A stretch of 64,000 nucleotides of DNA from Candidatus Krumholzibacteriota bacterium (GCA_039714075.1 JBDLKA010000003.1:8789-72788); one strand, 5' to 3'; positions 7,599-17,118 are shown, counted from the first letter of the stretch. Made by a program: numbers and translations. Notes: generated from the letters alone by a model not told the origin.

Positions 7599-9881
7599 TC
7601 AAGCCTCGCCGGCGGCCTGCCCGGTCTGTCCCAGCAGCCAACGGGCGCCTTCGCGGGCCGTGGTGCCGGATTCCACGGCGGGACCGACGCAGGATGGGCA
7701 GCCCTTCTGGCAGGGACACTGCGACAGGTGTTTCCGCGCGGCCAGGCAGATGTCCTCGAACTGCTCGAAGATCCGGCGGGCGTAGCCGACGCCCCCGGGA
7801 AAGGCATCGTACAGATAAAGGGTGGGTTTCCCCGTGAAGGGCGACCTGACCATGGCGGTGGCGTGAAGATCCGCGGAATCGGCCATGATGAACAGCGGCG
7901 CCACCCGCCCCAGCAGATGGGCCACGCCCTTGAGGGCGTCACCCAGGTCCAGCCCCTCGGCCGACATGGCGGCCCCCAGATCCTGCGGCAATTCCCACCA
8001 GAAACTGGTGGTGTGCATTTCCATCTCCGGCAGATGCACTCTTCCCGCGCCCACGTTTTCATGGGTCCCCAGTTTGATCTTCTTGAAAACCGTGACTTTG
8101 GAAACCAGCCCCACGTCGCCCAGGGCCAGACTCCCGTAGAAGAAATCACGTTCCGACTCGGCGGTCAGGGTCTTCAGCTCACTCTTGCGCTGGGCGTCGG
8201 TATAGTAGTCCACCGACACCGGCTGCACGTGGGCCTCCCGGCGGTCCCAGTCCAGTTTGTCCACATGGTACTGCTGGGCCCCGTGCATATAGACAGCATC
8301 GTCGTGGAGCATTTCCTGTGCGGAGAACAGGTCCATCTCGCCGATGACACGGCCGCCGGCGAGGGCCTGGTCGATGATGACGACGTTATCGGGAGCGGCG
8401 CTGCGCAGACTGACGTCTTCGGCCGGATAGGTGTCGCTCACCCAGTGGTAACGGTCGCCGCTGTGGTGGAGAACCTTCATGTCGGCCAGGTAATCGAGGA
8501 TCTCGACCACCCGGCGCCCGCCGAAGTTTTCCTCCGCGCCGAAGGGCAGTTCGAAGGCGGCGCACTTGAGGTGGCTCATGAGGATGACCAGGTTGTCCGG
8601 ATCCAGGGAAGCGTGTTCCGGGCTGCGGCCGAAGAAGTAGTCCGGATTGTTGATGATGTACTGGTCGCCGGGGCTGCTGGACGCCACGAGAACGACGGCG
8701 CTCAGGTTCTGGCGCCGGCCCGCCCGTCCGGCCTGCTGCCAGGTGCTGGCGATGGTGCCCGCGTACCCGGCCATGACACACACGTCCAGCCGGCCGATAT
8801 CGATACCCAGTTCGAGGGCGTTGGTCGACACCACCGTGGTGACGCTTCCATCGCGCAAGCCCTTTTCGATCGCCCGGCGTTCCTGCGGCAGATACCCGCC
8901 CCGGTAGCCCCGCACCTCTCCGCTCTTGATGCCCACCCGGCGGCCCGCCTTTTCCAGATAGGTCAGCAACAGCTCCACCCGCATGCGGCTGCGCGCAAAA
9001 ATGATGAGTTGGGAGCCGCTGGACATGAAGCGCTCGGCGATGGCGCGGGTGGTCTTGATGACCGATTGCCGGATGCCGAGTTCCCGGTTCACCACCGGTG
9101 GGTTGTAGAAGATGAAATGCTTCAGGCCCCGGGGCGCTCCGTTGCGGGCGATGGATTCCATCTCGAGCCCGGTCAGACCGGAGGCCAACTGCCCCGGGTT
9201 GGCGATGGTGGCGGAACAGCAGATGAACTGCGGATCGCTGCCGTAGAATTCGGCCACCCGTCGCAACCTGCGGATGACGTTGCCCACGTGGCTGCCGAAC
9301 ACCCCGCGGTAGTTGTGCACCTCGTCCACCACCACGTATTTCAGGTTCTCGAAAAGCTTCACCCACAGGGTGTGATGCGGCAGGATCCCCTGGTGGAGCA
9401 TGTCCGGATTCGTCACCACGATGTGGCCGCTGCTGCGGATGGCGCGCCGCGCGGTTTCCGGAGTGTCGCCGTCGAAGGTGAAGGTCTTGATGTCCTCGCC
9501 CAGGTCGGTGACGATCCCGTGGACCTCGTGCATCTGGTCCTGGCTGAGGGCCTTGGTGGGGAACAGGTACAGGGCGCGGGCGCGGCGGTCCCGCAGGATC
9601 GCGTCCAGGACGGGCAGGTTGTAACAGAGGGTCTTTCCGCTGGCCGTGGGCGTGGGCACCACGAACGAATGTCCCTGGCGGGCCAGTTCTACGGCCTCGG
9701 CCTGGTGGCTGTAAAGACGATCGACGCCCCGGTTCTTCAGGACGTCGATCAGGCGTGGTTCCAGGCTGTCCGGATAATCCGCGTACCGCCCGGCTTCAGG
9801 GGGGATCACTTCCCAACGGTTGACGTTGCGCAGGAATCGATCGTCGGCCTTCAGCCGGTCAAGAAGCTGGGCAAGATTCAA
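7599..9881 (-). CDS. DEAH-box helicase with DUF1998 C-terminal Cys cluster (YprA/MrfA/Hrq1 family)
   Basis: TPTASGKTLCY, LYLFPTKALSQDQ, TNPDMLH, DEVH, YRGVFGSH, STNALELGIDIG, QQAGRAGR, C-terminal LYDAFPGGVG...CPCQKGCPSC. Confidence 0.93.
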   Translation of the reverse strand: MNLAQLLDRLKADDRFLRNVNRWEVIPPEAGRYADYPDSLEPRLIDVLKNRGVDRLYSHQAEAVELARQGHSFVVPTPTASGKTLCYNLPVLDAILRDRRARALYLFPTKALSQDQMHEVHGIVTDLGEDIKTFTFDGDTPETARRAIRSSGHIVVTNPDMLHQGILPHHTLWVKLFENLKYVVVDEVHNYRGVFGSHVGNVIRRLRRVAEFYGSDPQFICCSATIANPGQLASGLTGLEMESIARNGAPRGLKHFIFYNPPVVNRELGIRQSVIKTTRAIAERFMSSGSQLIIFARSRMRVELLLTYLEKAGRRVGIKSGEVRGYRGGYLPQERRAIEKGLRDGSVTTVVSTNALELGIDIGRLDVCVMAGYAGTIASTWQQAGRAGRRQNLSAVVLVASSSPGDQYIINNPDYFFGRSPEHASLDPDNLVILMSHLKCAAFELPFGAEENFGGRRVVEILDYLADMKVLHHSGDRYHWVSDTYPAEDVSLRSAAPDNVVIIDQALAGGRVIGEMDLFSAQEMLHDDAVYMHGAQQYHVDKLDWDRREAHVQPVSVDYYTDAQRKSELKTLTAESERDFFYGSLALGDVGLVSKVTVFKKIKLGTHENVGAGRVHLPEMEMHTTSFWWELPQDLGAAMSAEGLDLGDALKGVAHLLGRVAPLFIMADSADLHATAMVRSPFTGKPTLYLYDAFPGGVGYARRIFEQFEDICLAARKHLSQCPCQKGCPSCVGPAVESGTTAREGARWLLGQTGQAAGEA

Positions 9882-9898
9882 AAGCGCCTCCCGGCCGA

Positions 9899-10180
9899 TC
9901 AGCTCGGCGTGTTGTCATCCGCCTTGCCGTTTTCCTTGCCGTCTTGGCGCGGGGCGTCGTTGTTCATCTCGCGTCCCACGTCGTCGATTTCACGCTTCAC
10001 TTCATCAGTGGCGCTCTTGGTGGCGGACTTGAACTTGCGGATGGACTTGCCCATGGCCTCGGCGATTTCCGGCAGCCGCTTGGGGCCGAAGAGAATCAGG
10101 GCCAGGGCCAGGACCAGCACGATTTCGGACCAGCCGGCCATGCCGGGTATGATGGCGACAAAGGAACTCATCAAGTGCAT
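9899..10180 (-). CDS. tatA: Twin-arginine translocase TatA/TatE subunit
   Basis: GWSEIVLVLALALILFGPKRLPEIAEAMGKSIRKFK. Confidence 0.9.
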   Translation of the reverse strand: MHLMSSFVAIIPGMAGWSEIVLVLALALILFGPKRLPEIAEAMGKSIRKFKSATKSATDEVKREIDDVGREMNNDAPRQDGKENGKADDNTPS

Positions 10181-10192
10181 CCTCCGAAGTGG

Positions 10193-10456
10193 CTAACGGT
10201 ACCATCTGAGCATCTGCGAGGCAACGAACACACCGATGACGCTCATGAGGTTGAAATGGATCTCGAAGCCGAACGTCAAATCGATGATGACCAGATTCCA
10301 GTGGGTCACCTCGGGACCAAAGGAAATGTACCGGACGAACAGCTGTTCGGCCACACTTCCCTCGTTGAGGAACAAGCCGATAACCTCACTGAAGATGGCG
10401 CCGATCAGGACACCCAGCGTCAGGGTGAGGACAATTATTCCCAAGGATTTCTGCAT
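10193..10456 (-). CDS. Small membrane protein (DUF4321-like)
   Basis: Two hydrophobic segments and NLVIIDLTFGFEIHFNLMSVIG. Confidence 0.75.
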   Translation of the reverse strand: MQKSLGIIVLTLTLGVLIGAIFSEVIGLFLNEGSVAEQLFVRYISFGPEVTHWNLVIIDLTFGFEIHFNLMSVIGVFVASQMLRWYR

Positions 10457-10569
10457 CGGTTTCGAACTTCCCGGTTTAACTCATCCCAAAACACCTTGCC
10501 CGGGACAATAATACGTGCCCCCGCCGTATGATAACAGCTCTTTTCGAGTCGGCGGAGCGGACCAGGCGC

Positions 10570-11046
10570 CTAGCGGTCCCCGGACGCCCGTCTGCCATCA
10601 AGAGCCGCCTCCAGGGCGGCGAAATCGCCGCCGAGGACCAGAACCGCATCCTCGCTGCCCCGCCCGTCCCATTCCCGTATCACACGGATGCCGCCCAACA
10701 GACGGGCCAGACCGGCGGCCTTGTCGTCGGACAGTTTCCGGTTGACCAGCAGGGACTGGTCGAACCTGCGGTGCGGCGCGTTCCCGACACTTTCGGCCAC
10801 GCAGCCGGTCCGGCCGAGCAACAGGCTGAACCTCCGGGCCAGCCCGGCCTTCCCGGTCCCGTTCAGCACCGACAGGTGGATGGGCGCCTCCCGCGGAGAC
10901 ATGGAATAGGACGCGGCCGCGACAGTGGGCGTGTCATCCTGCCCCTGGTCCCCGTTGCCGTCGGGAACCAGATCCTTGCCCAGCCACAGGGACACCGCGC
11001 ACACGGCAACCAGGAGCAGCAGCCAGGAATTCAAGCGGCCCCTCAC
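10570..11046 (-). CDS. LytR C-terminal domain protein with N-terminal membrane anchor
   Basis: LSVLNGTGKAGLARR...VGNA...DAVLVLGGDF. Confidence 0.8.
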   Translation of the reverse strand: MRGRLNSWLLLLVAVCAVSLWLGKDLVPDGNGDQGQDDTPTVAAASYSMSPREAPIHLSVLNGTGKAGLARRFSLLLGRTGCVAESVGNAPHRRFDQSLLVNRKLSDDKAAGLARLLGGIRVIREWDGRGSEDAVLVLGGDFAALEAALDGRRASGDR

Positions 11047-11540
11047 GAAGTTTCCCGCGCAAGCCTGGCGACGATCGGCAGGAGCATTTCGTAGCTCTTT
11101 TCGAGGGTCAGGGGCATCACCCTGGTCTGCCCGATGGTGCTCATGAAATTGGTGTCACCGGACCAGCGGGGCAGCATGTGGACATGGAGATGTTCGGGGA
11201 TCCCCGCACCGGCGCTGATGCCGCCGTTGTAACCGCAATTGATGCCCCCCGGCTGGAACGCCTCCATCAGCGAGCTTTCCATGACCTTCAACAGAATCCC
11301 GAGTTCCCCCAGTTCGGCGGAGGTGCAGTCCGAAAGCATGGGCTGATGGCGGTTCAGCACACACAACATGTGCCCCCCGTTGTAGGGGTAGAGATTCATG
11401 ATCAGGTACCAATGCTCGCCGCGATGCAGAACGAAATTTTCCTGGTCATCGCACTCCAGGCGATTGCAGAAAACACACCCTTCTTCCTTTTTCCGTCCAG
11501 TCACGTATTCGAACCTCCAGGGTGTGCAGAGCCGATCCAT
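11043..11540 (-). CDS. HIT-family nucleotide hydrolase/Ap4A phosphorylase
   Basis: TPWRFEYV, GCVFC, MNLYPYNGGH, AGAGIPEHLHVHMLPRWSGDTNFM. Confidence 0.92.
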   Translation of the reverse strand: MDRLCTPWRFEYVTGRKKEEGCVFCNRLECDDQENFVLHRGEHWYLIMNLYPYNGGHMLCVLNRHQPMLSDCTSAELGELGILLKVMESSLMEAFQPGGINCGYNGGISAGAGIPEHLHVHMLPRWSGDTNFMSTIGQTRVMPLTLEKSYEMLLPIVARLARETS

Positions 11541-11541
11541 G

Positions 11542-12306
11542 TCACTGCCCGCGCCGGGCCAGCAGGGATTCCGCCACGGCCAGTTCAGCGACGGTATTGA
11601 TGCCGACCACCTCGTCGGGGTCGAGGGTGGCGACCGCTTCGACCGGATGCCCGGCCTCCACCAGGTAGGCCACCGTGTCGGTCAGGTAGTACTCCCCCTG
11701 CTGGTTGTCGGTCGTCAGGTTTCCCAGGGCCTCGATCAGGCGTTCGGTCTTGAAGCAGAAGACACCGGTGTTGTATTCCCCGAGGGCCAGTTCACTCTCG
11801 CTGGCGTCACGGGCTTCGACGATCTTCAGGACGCGTCCCGCGGAGTCCTTCACGATCCGGCCATAAGCCCCCGCATCATCGACCACGCAGGTCAGAACCA
11901 CGGCCGCGGCTCCGCCGGAGACGGTCCCTTCCACGAGCCGTTCCAGGGTTTCGGCCCGCAGCAGGGGGACATCGCCCGCCAAAACCACGGTGTATCCCCC
12001 CGGCCGCAGATTGCCGGCGGCCACCTGGACGGCATGCCCGGTGCCCAATTGCGGTTCCTGCAGGACAAACTCGGTTCCATCACGCCGGCAACTTTCCTCC
12101 ACCAGGCCCGCCTGGTGCCCCACCACCACCACCGTGTGATCGATCCCCACCTTGGCCACGGTATCCAGCACGTGATCCAGCAGCGGACGATCCGCGATCC
12201 TGTGCAGGACCTTGGGCAAATCGGATTTCATCCGCGTCCCCTTGCCCGCGGCCAGAAGCACGGCATCAACCAGGGCGTTGCGGCCCTCACCATCATTCGC
12301 GTTCAT
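11542..12306 (-). CDS. GlmU-like UDP-GlcNAc pyrophosphorylase (nucleotidyltransferase domain only)
   Basis: LAAGKGTRMKSDLPKVLH, QEPQLGTGHAV, GDVPLL, YGRIV, NQQGEYYLTD. The protein ends after GINTVAELAVAE, so the hexapeptide acetyltransferase domain is absent. Confidence 0.88.
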   Translation of the reverse strand: MNANDGEGRNALVDAVLLAAGKGTRMKSDLPKVLHRIADRPLLDHVLDTVAKVGIDHTVVVVGHQAGLVEESCRRDGTEFVLQEPQLGTGHAVQVAAGNLRPGGYTVVLAGDVPLLRAETLERLVEGTVSGGAAAVVLTCVVDDAGAYGRIVKDSAGRVLKIVEARDASESELALGEYNTGVFCFKTERLIEALGNLTTDNQQGEYYLTDTVAYLVEAGHPVEAVATLDPDEVVGINTVAELAVAESLLARRGQ

Positions 12307-13216
12307 CAAACCCTCCCTGGACGGTTTGCGGCCCTGCGGGATCACCCAGCAGCACACCGTCGGTCACTCCATGTTCCGACACGTTCAAGACGAAATTGTC
12401 GATCAACCGGGCGGGCCCCACGCGCGCGGCAACCGCCAGCAGGACCCGGCCGGTCAAATGTTCCTGAACCGCCAGGTCGGGAACCCGGCGCACTTCCGCG
12501 TATTCCAAATGGTCCGCCGCGGCCAGTTTCTCCCGCATGACGGCCACCACTTTTTCCCGGTTTCTTTCACCGGAGCCCAGCAGGTCACGCCCCGCGGACA
12601 GGGCGCCGTGAAGACAGAGCGCCCTGGCCCTTTCCCCGGGATCCAGATACCGGTTGCGGGAGGACATGGCCAGCCCATCGGGTTCCCGCACGGTGGGGCC
12701 GTCCACCAGGCGGACCCCCAACCTGAGATCTTCAACCATCTGCGCGATGACCAGGCATTGCTGGGCATCCTTGCGACCGAACACGGCGATGTCCGGGCGA
12801 ACGGCCCCGAAGAGTTTGGCCACCACGGTCAAGACGCCGGAAAAATGGCCGGGACGATCGCCGCCGCAAAGTCCCTGGCCGCGGTTGCCGGGCAGGACGG
12901 TCACCTCGCCGGCGGCCCCGTACACCTGGCTGACCTCGGGCGCGAAAACGGCCGCCACCTCCAGCGGCTCGAGCAGGGTCAGGTCACCCTCCAGATCCCG
13001 GGGATAGGCTTTAAAATCCTCACCCTCCCCGAACTGGGTCGGGTTGACGAAAATGGAGACCACGACTGGTCCGAATTTCCGCCCCAGGCCGACCAGACTC
13101 AAATGCCCCCGGTGCAAGGCGCCCATGGTGGGAACCAACACCAGCGGCCGGCCGGCCTGCTTCAACGACAGGGCGGCCAACTCGGCTGAAGTGCGGCAAA
13201 CCTTCATGCCGGTCAA
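12293..13216 (-). CDS. panC: Pantoate--beta-alanine ligase
   Basis: VPTMGALHRGH, SIFVNPTQF, RPGHFSGV, FGRKDAQQ, REPDGLAMSSRN, ARLIDN. Confidence 0.97.
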   Translation of the reverse strand: MTGMKVCRTSAELAALSLKQAGRPLVLVPTMGALHRGHLSLVGLGRKFGPVVVSIFVNPTQFGEGEDFKAYPRDLEGDLTLLEPLEVAAVFAPEVSQVYGAAGEVTVLPGNRGQGLCGGDRPGHFSGVLTVVAKLFGAVRPDIAVFGRKDAQQCLVIAQMVEDLRLGVRLVDGPTVREPDGLAMSSRNRYLDPGERARALCLHGALSAGRDLLGSGERNREKVVAVMREKLAAADHLEYAEVRRVPDLAVQEHLTGRVLLAVAARVGPARLIDNFVLNVSEHGVTDGVLLGDPAGPQTVQGGFDERE

Positions 13217-14160
13217 TCCCCATCCGCTTCCGGATTGCTTTCGAGGTTTCCCAGATATCCGGACTGTCCGCTGACGTTGGCGCCCGAACCGTTTCCAGAC
13301 CCCTTGGCCTCCGCACCGGCTGAATTCTTGGGACCGCGGGAAGGTTCCGCGCCGTATTCATGTTCGGGTCCGGGGAAAGCCCCGTCCCTGACTTCGCCGG
13401 AAAATTGCTCCACCGCCTGGACCGCGGCTGTCCCGAGTTCGGCGTAACGCTTGACGAACTTCGGTTTGAGACCGGTGAACAGCCCCAACATGTCGTGGAA
13501 CACCAGCACCTGGCCGTCGCAGCCCGGACCGGCCCCGATGCCGATGGTGGGGATGCTCAGCCGCGAAGAGATTTTTTCCGCCAAGGGGGACGGCACGCAC
13601 TCCAGCACCAGGCCGAAGCATCCGATCTCCTGCAGGAACAAAGCCTCTTCGAGCAGGGCGGCGGCGGCCTTTTCGCCCCGGCCCTGGACTTTGTAGCCTC
13701 CAAAGCGGTTGACCGACTGGGGAGTGAGGCCCAGATGGCCCATCACGGGAATCTCGGCAGCCAACAGGGCCTTGATCACCTCGGCCCGATTGCGCCCGCC
13801 CTCGATCTTGACGGCGCTCGCCCCCCCTTCCTTTACCAGACGCAATCCGTGCCGCACCGTTTCGGCGGGTGAGACATGGAAACTGCCGTAGGGCATGTCG
13901 GCGATGACCGGCACGCGCGGCCGGGCCCGGCTGACGGCCTGACAGTGATGCAGCAAGTCGTCCACCGTCACCGGCAGGGTGTTTTCGTATCCCAGCACGA
14001 CCATGCCGACGGAATCACCGACCAGGATGGCATCCACGCCCCCGGCCGCAGCGATCAGGGCGCTGGTCAGGTCGTAGGCGGTCAACAGGACGATTTTCCG
14101 ACCCTGCTGCTTGCGCCGGGCGAAAACGCTCATGGTCAGGGTCTTGCCCTTCCTCTCCAT
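13213..14160 (-). CDS. panB: 3-methyl-2-oxobutanoate hydroxymethyltransferase
   Basis: LTAYD, ILVGDSVG, DMPYGS, VKIEGG, GHLGLTPQS, IGIGAG..CDGQVLV. Confidence 0.97.
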   Translation of the reverse strand: MERKGKTLTMSVFARRKQQGRKIVLLTAYDLTSALIAAAGGVDAILVGDSVGMVVLGYENTLPVTVDDLLHHCQAVSRARPRVPVIADMPYGSFHVSPAETVRHGLRLVKEGGASAVKIEGGRNRAEVIKALLAAEIPVMGHLGLTPQSVNRFGGYKVQGRGEKAAAALLEEALFLQEIGCFGLVLECVPSPLAEKISSRLSIPTIGIGAGPGCDGQVLVFHDMLGLFTGLKPKFVKRYAELGTAAVQAVEQFSGEVRDGAFPGPEHEYGAEPSRGPKNSAGAEAKGSGNGSGANVSGQSGYLGNLESNPEADGD

Positions 14161-14189
14161 GGTTGTGCCTTTCAGAAGGGGTCCCGCAA

Positions 14190-14834
14190 CTACTCGGGCC
14201 CCGAATCGGGAGCATAATACCTGGTGCCGTTGAACTTCTCGGTGATCTGCTCGAACAGCAGATCAAAATCGCCGGGGACGTTCACGAAATCCAGGTTGTC
14301 CGTATTGACCACCATCAGGGGTGAATCCTTGTAGTGATGGAAAAAATAACTATAGGCGGCGTTGAGCGCATCGAGATAGCCCTCGTCCATGTCCTGTTCG
14401 AAGGCCCGGCCCCGCCACCGGATGCGTTTCATGAGCACGGACGTTCTCGCCTGCAGATATATGACGAGATCCGGCTTGAGGACCCTTTGTTCCAGAATGG
14501 TGGCGAGTTGGTTGTAGAGAACAAGTTCGTCGTCACTCAAATTCAGGTTGGCGAAAATCCGGTCCTTGGCGAACAGGTAATCCGATATGAGGGTGGAACT
14601 GAACAGGTCGTGCTGAAACAGGTTCTGCTGCTGCCGATAGCGGCTCAGCAGAAAAAAGATCTGGGTTTGAAAGGCAAAGGCCGACCGGTCCTGATAGAAA
14701 TCGGACAGGAAGGGGTTTTCCTCCACCACCTCGAGATTGAGCCGCCCACTGGTCTTGGTGGCCAGGAGCTTTGTCAGGCTGGTCTTGCCGACGCCGATGA
14801 CTCCTTCAACGACTATGTACCGCCAGGGCAGCAC
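14190..14834 (-). CDS. Deoxynucleoside kinase (dAK/dGK family)
   Basis: YIVVEGVIGVGKTSL, ENPFLSDFY, FQTQIFFLLSR, PDLVIYLQA; GTG start at 14834 behind an AAGGAGG RBS. Confidence 0.92.
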   Translation of the reverse strand: MLPWRYIVVEGVIGVGKTSLTKLLATKTSGRLNLEVVEENPFLSDFYQDRSAFAFQTQIFFLLSRYRQQQNLFQHDLFSSTLISDYLFAKDRIFANLNLSDDELVLYNQLATILEQRVLKPDLVIYLQARTSVLMKRIRWRGRAFEQDMDEGYLDALNAAYSYFFHHYKDSPLMVVNTDNLDFVNVPGDFDLLFEQITEKFNGTRYYAPDSGPE

Positions 14835-15408
14835 GCCAACCCTCCTTGTTGTTGTCCGGCAATGCATTACTCAGGTCAAGGTCCTGCCGAACCTCGATCC
14901 AGGGTCCCGATTTACGCCTTATTTTCGCACAGGCGGAGCCTATTGTCTCCCCCGAATCCGGAAATTTTTCCCGGGCGGCCAATTCGGCCAGCGGTTCCAG
15001 AACGAAGGCCCGGTCACGGATCTGCGGGTGGGGCAGATTCAGCCCCGGTGCGGCCAGCACCTGGTCGCCGTACAGCAGAATGTCCAGGTCGATGGATCGC
15101 GGCTGCATATGGCCCCCGGGGGACCGGCCCTGCCTTTCTTCAGCACCCTTCAGCACGGCGAGCAAAACACGCGGCGCCAGGCTGGTCTCCAACTTGACGC
15201 AGGCGTTGAAGTAGGGATCCTGGGTGCCCGGCCCCACGTATTCTGTTTCATAAACCCGGCTGACGGCCTTCACTTCCATCTCCGGATGGGTGGCCAGGGC
15301 GAAAAATGCCTGCTCCAGATGCGCGGCCCGGTCCCCCAGATTGGTTCCCAGACCCAGATAGACAACTTCAGCCGGACGGGTGGCACTGCGGCCAGGGGAT
15401 CTTGTCAC
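14806..15408 (-). CDS. folK: 2-amino-4-hydroxy-6-hydroxymethyldihydropteridine diphosphokinase
   Basis: YLGLGTNLGDR, SRVYET, YFNAC, PRSIDLDIL, LPHP..RAFVLEPL; GTG start overlapping the folB stop. Confidence 0.93.
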   Translation of the reverse strand: MTRSPGRSATRPAEVVYLGLGTNLGDRAAHLEQAFFALATHPEMEVKAVSRVYETEYVGPGTQDPYFNACVKLETSLAPRVLLAVLKGAEERQGRSPGGHMQPRSIDLDILLYGDQVLAAPGLNLPHPQIRDRAFVLEPLAELAAREKFPDSGETIGSACAKIRRKSGPWIEVRQDLDLSNALPDNNKEGWRAALAVHSR

Positions 15409-15797
15409 GAGTCTTTCCCCCCGACGCCATCCAGCCAGGACCGGTCGCGCTCCAGGGAAACCGCCGCGCGGCCCAGGAAGTTGGGGATGGGCGGATTGGG
15501 TTTTTGGACCGTGACCCTGACCTTTTCCACCGGAAAACTTTCCAGCAGGACCCGGCAGAGATGGCCGGCCAAAGCCTCGATCAACTGAAAGGTCGTCCCG
15601 GCGGTGGACTCGTTGATGCAGCGGTGAACCGCCGTATAATCCAGGGCCTGGACCAGGGAGTCGCTGACCGCGGCCGGGCCGCAATCCGTCCACAGATCCA
15701 CGTCGATGACGAAACGCTGCCCCAGTTCCCGTTCCGCGGGATGGACCCCGTGATGGGCGTAGACGTCTATGCCGTGCAGGCTGACTTTGTCCATCAT
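15405..15797 (-). CDS. folB: Dihydroneopterin aldolase
   Basis: YAHHGVHPAERELGQRFVIDV, LDYTAV, LIEALA, KPNPPI. Confidence 0.95.
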   Translation of the reverse strand: MMDKVSLHGIDVYAHHGVHPAERELGQRFVIDVDLWTDCGPAAVSDSLVQALDYTAVHRCINESTAGTTFQLIEALAGHLCRVLLESFPVEKVRVTVQKPNPPIPNFLGRAAVSLERDRSWLDGVGGKDS

Positions 15798-16954
15798 CGC
15801 CAGTCCCCGATCCGGCGGGCGCCCTCGGCAATGTCTTCATCGCCGGCGGTCAAACTGATCCGGAACCAGCCCTCGCCCCCGGAACCGAATCCGTTCCCCG
15901 GGGTGACCACGACTCCGATTTCCTCCAGGGCGCGGCTGCAGAATTCCACCGAGGACTCCCCGGCCGGCACCCGGCACCAGACATAGAAGGTGGCCGCCGT
16001 TTCGAAAACCTCGAAGCCCGCCTGGCCCAGGGCGTCGACCATGGTCCGGCGCCGCCGGGGATAGGCCTCCATGACGGATGCCAGCAGTTCGTCGAACGCC
16101 GGTCCCAGGGCGTGGGCGGCGGTCGCCTGGACAGCCGTGAAAACACCGCTGTCGATGCTCTCCTTGACCCGGGCCAGATCACCAACGACGTCCGGATGCC
16201 CCACCGCGAAGGCGATGCGCCAACCGGTCATGTTGAACATCTTGGATAGGCTGTGTAGTTCGATGACCCGGTCGGTGCCCGCATCCGCGGCCGCCAGCAG
16301 ACTGGCCGGCCGGCTTCCGTCCAGAGTGACCTCCAGGTAGGCGGCGTCATTGACCAGCGTCACCTGCCGCCTGCGGCACAAGGCCACGATTTCCTTCCAG
16401 AAGGCCTGATCAAGGACGGCCCCGGTGGGATTGTTGGGATAGTTCAGAAACAAAAGCCGGGTGCGATCATCGATGAGGCGGTCCAACTCCTCCGGATCGG
16501 GCTTGAAGCCGTTGGCGGGATCCAGACTGAAAGGGCGCGGTTCCCCGCCGGCGAGAATGGTGGCCTGTCCGTATACCGGGTAGCCCAGATCCGGGACCAG
16601 TACGTTGTCCCCCTCCTGGACGCAGGTCAGGGGAAGATGCCCCAGGCCTTCCTTGCTGCCGACCAGGACCAGAATCTGGTTCGCGGGATCAACCTGTATT
16701 CCGTGCCGGCTGTCCAGCCACCGGGCGATGGCCTGCTTGAGGCCCGCATCCCCTCTTTGGGCCGGATAACAGTGGTGGGCCGGATCGGCGATGGCCCGGG
16801 CCATCACCTCGACCAGGGCTTCCGGGGTGGGGCGGTCGGGATCCCCGACACCCAGGTCGACGACGGACACGCCGGCGGCCCGCGCCTTTTCCTTGGCGGC
16901 GTCGATGGCGGAGAACAGGTACGGCGGCAATTTGTCGAGACGGCCCACGGACAA
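15794..16954 (-). CDS. Class I/II PLP aminotransferase (LL-diaminopimelate aminotransferase-like)
   Basis: RLDKLPPYLF, DLGVGDPD, GSKEGL, LNYPNNPTGA, DAAY, SLSKMFNMTGWRI. Confidence 0.88.
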   Translation of the reverse strand: MSVGRLDKLPPYLFSAIDAAKEKARAAGVSVVDLGVGDPDRPTPEALVEVMARAIADPAHHCYPAQRGDAGLKQAIARWLDSRHGIQVDPANQILVLVGSKEGLGHLPLTCVQEGDNVLVPDLGYPVYGQATILAGGEPRPFSLDPANGFKPDPEELDRLIDDRTRLLFLNYPNNPTGAVLDQAFWKEIVALCRRRQVTLVNDAAYLEVTLDGSRPASLLAAADAGTDRVIELHSLSKMFNMTGWRIAFAVGHPDVVGDLARVKESIDSGVFTAVQATAAHALGPAFDELLASVMEAYPRRRRTMVDALGQAGFEVFETAATFYVWCRVPAGESSVEFCSRALEEIGVVVTPGNGFGSGGEGWFRISLTAGDEDIAEGARRIGDWR

Positions 16955-16969
16955 AGACTCCCGGTCTTG

Positions 16970-17047
16970 GATTCAAGGACAAGATTCAGGGACCAAATTC
17001 AGGCACCAAATTCAGGGGCCAAGTTCAGGGACAAAATTGAGAGCAAA
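16970..17047. repeat. Intergenic tandem array, 6 degenerate 13-bp units (consensus RATTCAGGGACMA)
   Basis: gattcaaggacaa gattcagggacca aattcaggcacca aattcaggggcca agttcagggacaa aattgagagcaaa. Confidence 0.85.
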
Positions 17048-17082
17048 AAAATCCCGCGGATCGTCTCGGCGATCCGCGGGAC
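17045..17082 (-). terminator. Intrinsic terminator of the TPR gene
   Basis: Stem TCCCGCGGATCG/CGATCCGCGGGA followed by a T-run on the minus strand (A7 at 17045-17051 on plus). Confidence 0.8.
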
Positions 17083-17118
17083 AAATATCGCACATTGGTG
17101 GAAGATCATCCACCCCGG

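Noticed and set aside
7599-9881. DUF1998 helicase as an anti-phage system (DISARM DrmB/Druantia)
   Set aside because: It is paired with a YprB exonuclease in a housekeeping context, and no methylase or other defence genes are nearby; MrfAB repair fits better.
7728-10196. Long antisense ORFs (also 4014..5891, 28887..30773, 32510..34825, 53624..55348)
   Set aside because: They are shadow frames opposite well-supported genes, expected in high-GC DNA, and carry no recognisable motifs.
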